A stretch of DNA of 64,000 nt from a virus. Its lineage: Duplodnaviria; Caudoviricetes. The translations under genes and the position numbers were made by a program. Below the pieces are notes generated by a model that did not search any database, was not told the DNA's origin, and saw only the letters and a list, made by a program, of their open reading frames with translations. Of this stretch, positions 27,656-37,199 are shown in pieces (within the stretch, counting starts at the first letter, position 1; each line of letters begins with the position of its first letter). Location: positions 3,145 to 67,144 of the IMG/VR virus record IMGVR_UViG_3300014969_000019, one strand, 5' to 3'.

Positions 27656-28119
27656 TGCCTAGCTCGATCTCACGAGGACCGATCACCTCTCGACTGCTGG
27701 TCGAGCTGGAGACCGAGGGCTTCCCCGTGGGCGACAACGCCTCGCCGACTTCCCCGTTCGGGTGGCAGGGAGAGCCGAACGAACCAGGGACTACCTTCAC
27801 TCCCTGGCTCTCCCTGTCACCTGGGGCAGCCAGCCTGCAGGCTCCCAGTGGGGCACTGGGAGACAGCCAGTCCGAGTGGCGACTGAGCTACTCGGTGGTC
27901 TACGCCGGCATCTCCCGGAAGCAGACGGAGGCGCTGGCAGACCGGATGAGGTTGAACCTGACGAACATCGCCAGGGAGAACGTGGACTCCGACACCGGCG
28001 CGTGGCGGATCCAGAAGATCACCTGCACCACGATCGGCAACACCAACCGGATCGGGTCTGCCTATCCGGACTACTTCACACAAGCGGACTCGTTCGAGGT
28101 CTGGGTCACGAAGGGATAG
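27655..28119 (+). CDS. Tail terminator
   Basis: GTG start overlapping the upstream stop; position before major tail gene. Confidence 0.6.
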   Translation: MPSSISRGPITSRLLVELETEGFPVGDNASPTSPFGWQGEPNEPGTTFTPWLSLSPGAASLQAPSGALGDSQSEWRLSYSVVYAGISRKQTEALADRMRLNLTNIARENVDSDTGAWRIQKITCTTIGNTNRIGSAYPDYFTQADSFEVWVTKG

Positions 28120-28122
28120 AAC

Positions 28123-28326
28123 ATGCCACGAGCACAGCAGATCAAGGTCACCAAGGACGGCCAGGAGGGCTTCGTCCTCCGCGAGTCGGTCGCCGCCTGG
28201 GAGCGCAACGGCTGGACGGTTGCGGATGATGAGAGTAGTGAGAAAGAAGCCGACGAGGTCACCGACAGGCCCATGGAGACCCAGAACAAGGCGGCGAAGA
28301 AGACGACCACGAGGAAGGCCGACTGA
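28123..28326 (+). CDS. Small hypothetical tail-region protein
   Basis: V..ESVAAWERNGW motif; TGATG coupling to major tail. Confidence 0.6.
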   Translation: MPRAQQIKVTKDGQEGFVLRESVAAWERNGWTVADDESSEKEADEVTDRPMETQNKAAKKTTTRKAD

Positions 28327-28805
28327 TGGCACGGATCATCCCGAATGAGAACACCTGGATCGGGTTCTCCATCGCCTCGATCAGTGACATCGAGGCCCCC
28401 ACGTCCGCACAGGTCGCGGCTGCTGTCGACCTGACTGGGTACTGCATCAGCCTGAACGCATCCTCGCGTGGCAACACGGTGCCGACCCCGTCGTTCGACT
28501 CGCTCTTCGAGACCAGCACCGCTGGCACCTCGGCTGCGACCTTCGACGCGGACTTCTACCGCGATGACGACGACGACCTCGCCTGGGAGACCCTCCCGCG
28601 CGGGACTCGTGGGTTCTTCATCATCGCCCGGTTCGGTGGCACGGGTACCGACAACCTCCCGATCGCGGCCGACGAGGTCGAGGTCTGGCCGGTGATGATC
28701 ACCTCGCGGACGATGGCGAACATGAGCTCCAACACGGTGCTCACCTTCACCGCGTCCTGCTCGGTGAACGTGGAGCCGGCCGAGGCAGCGATCGTCGCGG
28801 CGTAG
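28326..28805 (+). CDS. Major tail (tube) protein
   Basis: APTSAQVAAAVDLTGY...GTRGFFII.RFG...DEVEVWPV pattern of actinophage tail tube proteins. Confidence 0.85.
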   Translation: MARIIPNENTWIGFSIASISDIEAPTSAQVAAAVDLTGYCISLNASSRGNTVPTPSFDSLFETSTAGTSAATFDADFYRDDDDDLAWETLPRGTRGFFIIARFGGTGTDNLPIAADEVEVWPVMITSRTMANMSSNTVLTFTASCSVNVEPAEAAIVAA

Positions 28806-28861
28806 GTCCTGGGGAGGGATAGCATCAGATCGACTACATCCCTCCGCCCAGGAAGCGACCG

Positions 28862-29296
28862 ATGCCCAACACCACAGCCAAGACCGCAGAGGCCCGTCAG
28901 AAGCAGTCCTCCGCGTCCAAGCGCGCCACTCTCGACCAACTGGTCAACAAGCCGCGGTCGATCACCGAGTTCTCGCTGTACCTGTCCGACGGGAACGGTG
29001 GCACCAACGAGGTGACCCTGAAATACCAGGCGATCGGGATGCGCGCCTACGACCGGCTGGTGGCCAAGCACCCGCCGAAGCCGGAGCAGCGGGCCGAGGG
29101 CTCCAGCTTCGACATCGACTCGTTCGCGCCGGCGCTGATCGCAGCCTGCTCGGTGGAGCCGGAGCTGACCGCGGCCGAGGCCAAGTCCATCTGGGAGTCC
29201 GAGGACTGGTCTCGCGGCGACGTGATGGTGCTGTTCCGGAATGCCGTCGAGCTGAACAACCGGGGGCTCGACATCCCTTTCAGCGTGAGCGGCTGA
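28862..29296 (+). CDS. Tail assembly chaperone (G)
   Basis: Position after major tail; FAPALIAACSVEP...WSRGDVMVLFRNAVELN; ends at a slippery site. Confidence 0.85.
   Translation: MPNTTAKTAEARQKQSSASKRATLDQLVNKPRSITEFSLYLSDGNGGTNEVTLKYQAIGMRAYDRLVAKHPPKPEQRAEGSSFDIDSFAPALIAACSVEPELTAAEAKSIWESEDWSRGDVMVLFRNAVELNNRGLDIPFSVSG
29275..29281 (+). other. -1 programmed ribosomal frameshift site CCCTTTC
   Basis: C CCT TTC is in the chaperone frame; the -1 frame is open (PFQRERLRKDRNFYLEMSYC) into ORF 29323..29649. Confidence 0.85.
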
Positions 29297-29649
29297 GGAA
29301 GGACCGAAACTTCTACCTAGAGATGTCCTACTGCTTCGAGCACGCGATCCCGCACTCGAAGTTCCTGAAGTGGGATCCGGAGGACCGAGCGAAGACCCTC
29401 GCCTACGCGCTGGAGTCCTCAGCACGATGCCAGATGTGTGGGACCGCACCATGGGAGTGGGAGGAGAACAAGTTCGCGTTCACAGCGGTCGATGAGTTCT
29501 GTCAGGGCTGTTACCAGAAGTCCGTCTTCGGCGACACGCAGGGCTCGTCACTCCCGGGGACCAATGTCAAACTGATCCCGACCACCCCGCAGCTGACCGC
29601 TCAGATGGCCGTGAAGGCCAAGAAGAGACACTCGCTGAAGATGGAGTAG
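29275..29649 (+). CDS. Tail assembly chaperone (T part of the GT frameshift product)
   Basis: -1 frame continuation; HAIPHSKFLKWDPEDRAKTLAY...CQMCGT...CQGC. Confidence 0.8.
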   Translation, partial: PFQRERLRKDRNFYLEMSYCFEHAIPHSKFLKWDPEDRAKTLAYALESSARCQMCGTAPWEWEENKFAFTAVDEFCQGCYQKSVFGDTQGSSLPGTNVKLIPTTPQLTAQMAVKAKKRHSLKME

Positions 29650-29652
29650 GAC

Positions 29653-32600
29653 GTGACGGCTCAGCCGGTTGAAGCCAACGTCGTCCTGACGAGCGATAAC
29701 TCTCAGTACGACCGGGCGATGGTCACCTCGGCTGGGAACACCGACAGTCTGGGCGCGTCGGTCGACAACCTCGGCCGCAAGATCAACACCCTCTCCAAGA
29801 CCGCCGGCAAGACGCTGATCGGGATCAGCGCAGCCGACGTGGCGACGATCACCGGGGCCACCGCGGCCTGGTCCAGCTACGAGAAGCAGGTGAACCGGCT
29901 GCAGTCGCAGTCGGCGGTCTTGACCCGGACCAACGCCCAGCAGACCGTGGTGATGAAGGACTACACCAACGCGGTCAAGACCCTGCGAACCGAGTACGGG
30001 ACCACCACGTCCGAGGCCTCGAAGCTGGTCGAGGTGCTCTCCAAGGTCACCAGCGTCCGACAGAGCCGGGACCTGCAGGACCTGAGCAAGGTCTTCGTGG
30101 ACATGTCCCACGCCACTGGTGAGAGCTCGGAGGGCCTGGCCAACTCGCTGACCAACCTGCAGCGGGTGATGGGCGCACCGATCAACTCCAAGAACACCCG
30201 TACCTACGCCGACCAGTTCACCTACCTGGCTGCCCAGACGAACACCTCGGCCTCGGGTCTGGCCGACTTCACCTCTCAGCTGGCTCCCACCGCCAAGGCG
30301 ATGGGGATGCACCGCAACGAGATTGTTGGGTTCGCCGCCGCCTTCGCCAAGATCGGGCAGGACGGTGGGCCTGCGGCCAACGTCTTCACCAAGATCACCA
30401 CCGACATCTCCCACTCACTGGCGTCCGGGTCTCCGGAGATCGCTCACTACGCCAACCTGTTGGGGGTCACCCAGCGGCAGTTCAAGGCGATGGGTGCCGG
30501 CGAGCAGGTCGTCGAGATCTTCGAGAAGCTGCAGTCAGAGGGCAAGGGCGCGGCCACCGAGCTGAACCGGCTGGGTCTGGACGGGCCCCGCTCGATCCGG
30601 GCGATCCAGGCGATGATCGCCTCCGGTGGGCTGCGCGAGTCGATGGGGCTGGCCCGGGAGGGGGCGAGGTCTGACGCGGCAGCGGAGGGAGCCGGCGCTG
30701 CCCATGGCATGTCCGAGGAAGTCGACCAACTGCAGCAGAACTTCCAGCAGCTGACCGAGACCATGGGCGGCTACTTCGGTCCCACCCTGGAGAAGTTCGT
30801 CGAGGGCATGAACAAGGCCCTGGAGGTCACCAACAAGATCGCCGAGGGACCGCTCGGCCAGTTCGTGGCCCTGATCATGACCGTGGTGGCTCCGCTGGCC
30901 ACCGGAGCCGGGATGCTGCTGCTCTTCGCCGGCGCGCTGATGAAGGTGGCCGCCGCCTTCACCCTCTTCCGCTCCAGTGCGGCCTACGGCGTTCGCGAGG
31001 GCTTCAGTGGAGGTGGAGCGCTGGGCTCGGGAGCAGCAGGCACGCGCGGGCGGCAGCTGGAAGGTGCCGGTACCTGGTTCCAGCGTGCGCAGTACGGCGG
31101 CGGCCAGATGGCAGGGAGTCTGGCCAGCAGCGCGCTGGGTGTTACTCGGACGGGATGGCAGAAGGGCCGAGCCTGGGCTGACCCGAACTACACCCCGGGT
31201 CCTCCGCGCAGCATGTTGTCCTACATGGCTGGCGGTCTCGGACGCGGGATGGACATGTTCCTGACCCCCGGGTTCGACCAGATGCGGTACGCCGACCCGA
31301 CCATGCGGGAGCGGAGTCGGTTCTTCCAGCGGTCTCCGATGGGGATGTCCGCTGCCGTCGCTGAGGCTGGTGCCACTGCCGACGCTGCTCGCGAGCGGGC
31401 TCGGACAGCGGGTGCGGTCTACCAGTCGGTCTCGACTGCGCAGGGGTCCACCGACCAACAGATCGACCAGGCCAAGCGGGACATGCACCGGGCCAACCAG
31501 GAGGCGCTGTCCTCTACCCGAGCCTCGGTAACTGCTCAGAAGGAGCAGGTCGAGACGATCAAGAACCTGAACCGGGAGACGGGGAACACCACCACCGGGT
31601 TCCGTCGCCTGGCCGGCGCGACTGGTGGGTTCGCGGCTGGTGCCGGTGGTGCGGTGCTGGGTGGAGCAAGGGCTGCTGGTGGAGCCTTCCTGAGGTCCGG
31701 TGCAGCGCTGCCGGTCGGCGGGATGGCGGGCATGGCTGCGTCCAGCGCGTTCATGCCCGGGTCGAACACCGCGATGCTCGCCTCCATGGGTCTGATGATG
31801 GGCCCAGAAGGAGCCGCTGTCGGGGCTGGTGTCGGGGCCATCCTGGACACGGTCCAGGCCAACAACAAGATGTCGGACTCGGTCAAGGAGCTGACGGCCA
31901 ATGCCGACGAGGCGGTCAAGTCCGGGGGTGGACTGACCGAGCTGAACGACTCGCTGAGCACCACCAACAAGACGATCAGCGACACCGCCAAGAGCTTCGA
32001 CCAGAGCTCGATGTCCTACTGGTTCGGGAAGCCCGGGAGCCTCAGCACGCTGCTGGGAGGCACCAAGAACACGATCGAGGGGGTCTTCGGCAAGTCCGAC
32101 GTCGAGGAGGCTGCGGACGCCACGGCGAAGGAGCGCGCACGGATCCAGCAGATGGAGAGCGCTGCTCGTGACGTCGCCAAGGAGACCGGGACCAAGATCA
32201 CCGGTACCAGGCGCAACCAGCTGGCTCAGCTCGATGCCCTGATGCAGGGGACTGGTGCCCAGCGCCTGTCCACGGCCGGGATCGACCCCGAGGACCTGGT
32301 CGCGGCCCGGTCCGCGATGATCCGCGGAGACGAGGGTGCCGCCGAGAGATACGAGGGGATGCTGACCAAGATCGGCGCTCCCTCGGCAGCAGCCGGGCGT
32401 CGGTCGGCTACCACCGCTGCCGGTGCGGCGATGCAGGGATCCGACGTGGCTCAGATGTCGATCAAGCATCAGGAGAGCGTCAGGCTCTTCTACACCGCCA
32501 CCTCCGACATCTTCGACAAGCTCCACAAGCAGGGCATGACTGATCTGGACATCTTGGAGTCCACCGAGAAGGCCCAGGCCAGGATCGGGGATCAGAACGA

Positions 32601-35040
32601 CCGCCAGTACGAGCTGCAGATGGCGGTCTCGGCGAAGGCCCAGCAGAACCTGCAGATGCAGATGCCGTTCATGGGTCGGGGTGAGCAGTTCCAGGCCTCG
32701 ATCGGTCAGATGAACGCGCTGAGCTCGATCGTCCCGCGCACCGAGGAGCAGGCCGCACAGCTGGACCAGCAGAAGCAGGCCACCGCCCAGGCGTTCGTGG
32801 ACCAGGCGTCCTACTTCAAGCAGATGCTGCTGATGCAGGACCAGTACGAGATCCAGCGCCGGCGTGCTCAGCAGGACTACAGCCTCCAGCGGTCCTACCA
32901 GGAGCATGACTTTCAGCTCCAGCGCTCCCGCGCCGAGTACCAGTTCCACCTCTCCCAGGACCGAGCCACCGCCGACTACTACCGCGGCGTACGGCGAGCG
33001 CACTACGACTTCAACCTGCAGCGGAAGCGGGCAGAGGACGACTACGACCACTCGGTCCAGGTGCAGGCCAAGCAGATGGCGATGTCGGTCTACGACATCT
33101 ACCAGCGGGTGCAGGTACAGCGGACCAGCTCGGCCTCCCAGATTCTGAGCAACGCCGCCGACCAGCTGCAGCGGATGCGGACCCAGGAGCGGGACCTGGA
33201 CAAGCTCCGGGGCATGGGCGCGTCCGACGCCATGATCCAGCAGATGAAGTTCACGGACCCGGCCAACCAGCAGCAGCTGGCCAGGTTCATGACCGAGGCC
33301 ACTCCGCGGGTCATCCGCCAGTTCAACCAGGTAGCCGGGTCCCTGCGCGAGGGCGCTGCTCGGGAGCTGATGAACGACCCTTCCTCGCTGGATGCCGACG
33401 AGCGTCGTCGCCAGCACCGGATCCAGCTCCAGCGCTCACGGGACGACTTCGAGCGTCAGCTCCGGCTCGGTCACGACGACTTCCAGAGGGCCTTGCAGCG
33501 CCAGCGCAAGGACTTCAACCTGATGATGGACCAGCAGGCCACCGACTTCGACACCCAGATGGGTCGCCAGGCCGATGCCTACCAGCTGTCGATGAAGCGG
33601 AGCGCCGAGGACCTGGCCAACGTCGGCAAGGAGATCGACGGGAACTTCGAGTCGATCCTGGTCCAGGCCACGAAGCGGCTGTCTGGGCACGCGCAGAAGC
33701 AGGCCAAGGACGTGCTGGAGTCCTTCCGGACCCTGAAGGGCTCCACCAGTGCCGAGGCCATCGCCACCATGCAGGACCTGGCGGAGATCTTCGGGTTCAA
33801 GTACAAGATCCCGAAGGGGGTCTCCAACAACACCCCGCCGACTCACGACACTGGGTCCGACCCACGCGGTACGGGCACCAAGACCGGGCTGGCCAGCGGT
33901 GGTGTGGTGCCGGGCTGGTCCCCGGGCAGGGACACCACCATGGTGCCGCTCTCGGGTGGCGAGGCGATCATGCGCCCGGAGTGGGCTCGGGCGATGGGTG
34001 AGGGCTACATCAACGCGATGAACCACAAGGCCAAGCACGGTGGGTTCGCCGACGGCGGGATGGTGAACCCGGATGCTCGGGTCTACATGGACGGCGAGCC
34101 GATGTCCAAGATCGCTCGGGCCCAGGTGCTGCTGGCCGAGCACCTCTCGCACCTGAACTTCTCGATCATGCAGGGTTCCTGGCAGCCCTACACCTCCTAC
34201 TCCGGCTCCTCGCACATGGGGCCGGGCGTGGCCGACGTCGCGCCGGGCAACTTCAGGACCCAGTACTGGCTGCGTCGGGCCGGCTTCGCCGCCTGGGGCC
34301 GCAACTTCCCTGGCGCAGCCACTGCTGGTTCTGGAGCACACGTCCACGCGGTCTCGCTGCTGGACCCCGGTGCTGCAGACCAGGGCCAGATCGATGCCTA
34401 CTACGCCGGCCAGGACGGCCTGGGTGGGAAGGACTACGGGCCCGACCCCGGGATGGTCCCCGGTATTCGCGGGATGCTGAGCCAGTTCGCGGCGCTGGCC
34501 TCGATCCAGTCCATGGGCGGGTCCGGGCGCGCTGCTGTCCCCCGGCTGGCCTCGATCCTGAAGCACCGCTACCCGCACTCCGAGGCGGCTGCGGCGGCGA
34601 TGACCGGGGTGCACCCGCTGTTCCCCGGCGACATCTCTCATGTGATGAACCAGCTGATCCGGAAGCGGTACGCGGAGTCCCTGGAGGGGGTCAACCCGAA
34701 CCAGCACCAGAGCTGGTACGGCGCTGGTGGGGTGTTCACCGGCCCGAAGGGGATCGGGGTGGCCGAGGCTGGCCCGGAGGCGGTGATCCCGCTGAACGAC
34801 CAGGGAGCCGCCTTCCTGGCCACCGCCATCCATGGTGCGGAGGCGCGCGGGATCGGGATGGGCTCGTCGCCGATGCGGGGCGGGCTGAGTGTCTACAACA
34901 CCCGGATCGACAAGTCCACGAACTTCAGTGGTCCGATCACGGTCCAGGCGAACGACCCAGGCGAGCTGATCGCCAAGCTGCAGGCTCGCCAGCGGGTGAT
35001 GGCCCTGTCTCGACCGAGCCTGACAGGATCAGCGGCATGA
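29653..35040 (+). CDS. Tape measure protein with embedded metallopeptidase-like domain
   Basis: 1795 aa, Ala/Gly-rich, TP901-like region, GGVVPG/SGGEAIMR/EAGPEAVIPL motifs; follows the chaperones. Confidence 0.95.
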   Translation: MTAQPVEANVVLTSDNSQYDRAMVTSAGNTDSLGASVDNLGRKINTLSKTAGKTLIGISAADVATITGATAAWSSYEKQVNRLQSQSAVLTRTNAQQTVVMKDYTNAVKTLRTEYGTTTSEASKLVEVLSKVTSVRQSRDLQDLSKVFVDMSHATGESSEGLANSLTNLQRVMGAPINSKNTRTYADQFTYLAAQTNTSASGLADFTSQLAPTAKAMGMHRNEIVGFAAAFAKIGQDGGPAANVFTKITTDISHSLASGSPEIAHYANLLGVTQRQFKAMGAGEQVVEIFEKLQSEGKGAATELNRLGLDGPRSIRAIQAMIASGGLRESMGLAREGARSDAAAEGAGAAHGMSEEVDQLQQNFQQLTETMGGYFGPTLEKFVEGMNKALEVTNKIAEGPLGQFVALIMTVVAPLATGAGMLLLFAGALMKVAAAFTLFRSSAAYGVREGFSGGGALGSGAAGTRGRQLEGAGTWFQRAQYGGGQMAGSLASSALGVTRTGWQKGRAWADPNYTPGPPRSMLSYMAGGLGRGMDMFLTPGFDQMRYADPTMRERSRFFQRSPMGMSAAVAEAGATADAARERARTAGAVYQSVSTAQGSTDQQIDQAKRDMHRANQEALSSTRASVTAQKEQVETIKNLNRETGNTTTGFRRLAGATGGFAAGAGGAVLGGARAAGGAFLRSGAALPVGGMAGMAASSAFMPGSNTAMLASMGLMMGPEGAAVGAGVGAILDTVQANNKMSDSVKELTANADEAVKSGGGLTELNDSLSTTNKTISDTAKSFDQSSMSYWFGKPGSLSTLLGGTKNTIEGVFGKSDVEEAADATAKERARIQQMESAARDVAKETGTKITGTRRNQLAQLDALMQGTGAQRLSTAGIDPEDLVAARSAMIRGDEGAAERYEGMLTKIGAPSAAAGRRSATTAAGAAMQGSDVAQMSIKHQESVRLFYTATSDIFDKLHKQGMTDLDILESTEKAQARIGDQNDRQYELQMAVSAKAQQNLQMQMPFMGRGEQFQASIGQMNALSSIVPRTEEQAAQLDQQKQATAQAFVDQASYFKQMLLMQDQYEIQRRRAQQDYSLQRSYQEHDFQLQRSRAEYQFHLSQDRATADYYRGVRRAHYDFNLQRKRAEDDYDHSVQVQAKQMAMSVYDIYQRVQVQRTSSASQILSNAADQLQRMRTQERDLDKLRGMGASDAMIQQMKFTDPANQQQLARFMTEATPRVIRQFNQVAGSLREGAARELMNDPSSLDADERRRQHRIQLQRSRDDFERQLRLGHDDFQRALQRQRKDFNLMMDQQATDFDTQMGRQADAYQLSMKRSAEDLANVGKEIDGNFESILVQATKRLSGHAQKQAKDVLESFRTLKGSTSAEAIATMQDLAEIFGFKYKIPKGVSNNTPPTHDTGSDPRGTGTKTGLASGGVVPGWSPGRDTTMVPLSGGEAIMRPEWARAMGEGYINAMNHKAKHGGFADGGMVNPDARVYMDGEPMSKIARAQVLLAEHLSHLNFSIMQGSWQPYTSYSGSSHMGPGVADVAPGNFRTQYWLRRAGFAAWGRNFPGAATAGSGAHVHAVSLLDPGAADQGQIDAYYAGQDGLGGKDYGPDPGMVPGIRGMLSQFAALASIQSMGGSGRAAVPRLASILKHRYPHSEAAAAAMTGVHPLFPGDISHVMNQLIRKRYAESLEGVNPNQHQSWYGAGGVFTGPKGIGVAEAGPEAVIPLNDQGAAFLATAIHGAEARGIGMGSSPMRGGLSVYNTRIDKSTNFSGPITVQANDPGELIAKLQARQRVMALSRPSLTGSAA

Positions 35041-35333
35041 GGTCGGTCTGGGGCATCGAGCACGGAGAGGTCTCCAAGGCGTACCGGAAACTGGCCCCCA
35101 AGCTGTACCGGGCGTTGGACAAGATGCCTGAGTACGAGAAGCAGAACATGGATCAGCGGTTGCGCTACAACACGCTCCACATCCGTGGAGTGGCTGGTAA
35201 CTACGGTCGAGCGAACCGAACGAAGAAGTCAGCTGAGTACGCGGAGTTCAACCAAGGCTGGAAGAAGATGGCCGCTGCTTCCGCTCGTGGGGTTGAGGCC
35301 ATCTCCCGGCGGAAGGGACGGAAGTTGCCATGA
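35037..35333 (+). CDS. SAFG-tag variant protein (member 9)
   Basis: MRSVWGIEHGEVSKAY; ATGA overlap with the tape measure stop. Confidence 0.75.
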   Translation: MRSVWGIEHGEVSKAYRKLAPKLYRALDKMPEYEKQNMDQRLRYNTLHIRGVAGNYGRANRTKKSAEYAEFNQGWKKMAAASARGVEAISRRKGRKLP

Positions 35334-35782
35334 CCTCAAAGACCGGACTGGACTACCTGGCGGTCGAGGTCAGCTACGGCACTCGCTGGATCAACATCAA
35401 CAACGGGGAGAGCTACAAGATCGCCGGCGACACCACCCGGGACTCGACTGCGAAGACCTGGCGGAAGGTGACCGCGGACTCCCCGATCCTGGGCGGCAAC
35501 TACCTGGTGCACGCGGTCCCAGAGATGGTCCAGGAGCAGGTCGGGGTGTGGGTCTACGGGGCCACCCAGACCGAGGTGAGCGACAACCTGTTCGGTCTGA
35601 CCGAGCTGTTCGAGCAGTACGACTTCCGGATCCGGTGGACGTTCGACGAGTACCGGGAGTACTGGCGCTGCCAGCTGGCCGACACCACGATGAGCCGGGG
35701 TCAGGTCTGGACCCACTCGCTGATGGCCAGGGCCGAGTTCGCGATCCCTCGCTACCCGGATGTCTCCACGGAGCGCATCTGA
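35330..35782 (+). CDS. Minor tail (distal tail-like) protein
   Basis: First conventional gene after the tape measure; coupled starts. Confidence 0.6.
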   Translation: MTSKTGLDYLAVEVSYGTRWININNGESYKIAGDTTRDSTAKTWRKVTADSPILGGNYLVHAVPEMVQEQVGVWVYGATQTEVSDNLFGLTELFEQYDFRIRWTFDEYREYWRCQLADTTMSRGQVWTHSLMARAEFAIPRYPDVSTERI

Positions 35783-36222
35783 TGTCCGGACGCCTGACGA
35801 TCTGGGGAGCCAGTCAGCTCCTCACCACCTACTTCACGATGGGCACCACACCCCCGCCCTCGTTCTGGCTGGCTCTGGTGAGGACCACTCCTCCCGACCC
35901 GTACATGTCCGGCAGCGAGCTCGACGAGCCGGACTCCGATGACTACTCCCGGATCGAGATCCCCAACGACCTGGCCAACTGGATCAACGACTCCCAGCCC
36001 CAGGAGATCTACAACGTGCTGCCGGCGCAGTACATCACCGCCACCGCGGACTGGGGACAGATCGGGTTCTGGGCGCTCTGCAACGCTCCAGTTGACGGCT
36101 ACAACTTCCTGGTGGGAGACCTGGAGGACCCGCTCCTGGTCCTGACCGGAGACCAGGTAGAGATCTCGGAAGGTGATCTGAGCGTGTCCCTGGGCCCGTT
36201 CTTCCTCGCTGAGGAGGCCTGA
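35782..36222 (+). CDS. Minor tail protein
   Basis: MSGRLTIWG...YSRIEI...ATADWGQIGFWALCNA..G pattern; TGATG coupling. Confidence 0.7.
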   Translation: MSGRLTIWGASQLLTTYFTMGTTPPPSFWLALVRTTPPDPYMSGSELDEPDSDDYSRIEIPNDLANWINDSQPQEIYNVLPAQYITATADWGQIGFWALCNAPVDGYNFLVGDLEDPLLVLTGDQVEISEGDLSVSLGPFFLAEEA

Positions 36223-37199
36223 TGACCCTGATCTCGCTGGTACCGGGGAAGACCGAGGTCCAGCTCACCGCACGCGCGCGAGGCCAGCGGATCCCGCCGA
36301 TGCTGAGAGACGTCCCCGGTGGGCTCTACCCGCTGATGAGCGCGGCGTTCGAGGTCGACGAGTACCGGATCATGAGCGGCTGGCCGGTCCCGGTCCCGGA
36401 GTGCGACATCCGGATCGAGTGCCTGGTCTCGGCCGAGGGTGACGTGCTGGGGAACCGGGACGCTCCCACCGGGCTGGTCACCGAGGCCGATATGCGCTGG
36501 GTGGCTGACGTCTCCTACTACGACCTGACCACCCTGCAGTGGACGCCGATCCAGGGGTCCTCCTCTCCCTGGCAGACCTCGGTCGACCACGCGCCCACCC
36601 TGGTCACCGACTACGAGTACACGGTCGGGGACGAGCGGTTCACCTCGATGACCGCGCTGAACTTCGACTCCAACACCGACGACTACATGTGGAACAACCT
36701 CGACCTGTTCATGGGTGGGGTGAGTGGCTACACCGTGCTGATGGTGCTGAGCCCGAACTCGATCTACGGCAACGACGACGCGATCGACAACAACGCGCTG
36801 TGGGGCCCGGACACGATCGACGGAGCCTGGGCGATGTTCACGGTCAAGGACCAGGCGGTCTGGATGCGGACCGAGGCCCAGCCGGACCAGATGGGGGTGG
36901 CGATCGGGAACGGGCTGAACAGCACCGCACCGACCTTCCTGGCGCTGGTGGTGGGCAGACCGCAGACGACGCTGTACGCCGCCTCAGGGCCGTCCAGGGT
37001 GCTGACCAGGTCTGTGGCCGCAGGAGCGGCCCCGGAGCCGCTGAGCACCCGTTTCTGGCTCGGGAACGGTCCCTTCCTGGACTCGGCCACCATGGACATG
37101 GCACTGCTGGACCTGGGCATCTACGGCAGGCCGCTGACCCAGGCCGAGGTGGTCGCTGAGTTCACCTCGCTGAGTGGTGTCTACGGAGGCGACAGCTAG
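36222..37199 (+). CDS. Minor tail protein (LamG/beta-sandwich-like)
   Basis: Coupled ORF in tail tip cluster; ends IYGRPLTQAEV. Confidence 0.6.
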   Translation: MTLISLVPGKTEVQLTARARGQRIPPMLRDVPGGLYPLMSAAFEVDEYRIMSGWPVPVPECDIRIECLVSAEGDVLGNRDAPTGLVTEADMRWVADVSYYDLTTLQWTPIQGSSSPWQTSVDHAPTLVTDYEYTVGDERFTSMTALNFDSNTDDYMWNNLDLFMGGVSGYTVLMVLSPNSIYGNDDAIDNNALWGPDTIDGAWAMFTVKDQAVWMRTEAQPDQMGVAIGNGLNSTAPTFLALVVGRPQTTLYAASGPSRVLTRSVAAGAAPEPLSTRFWLGNGPFLDSATMDMALLDLGIYGRPLTQAEVVAEFTSLSGVYGGDS

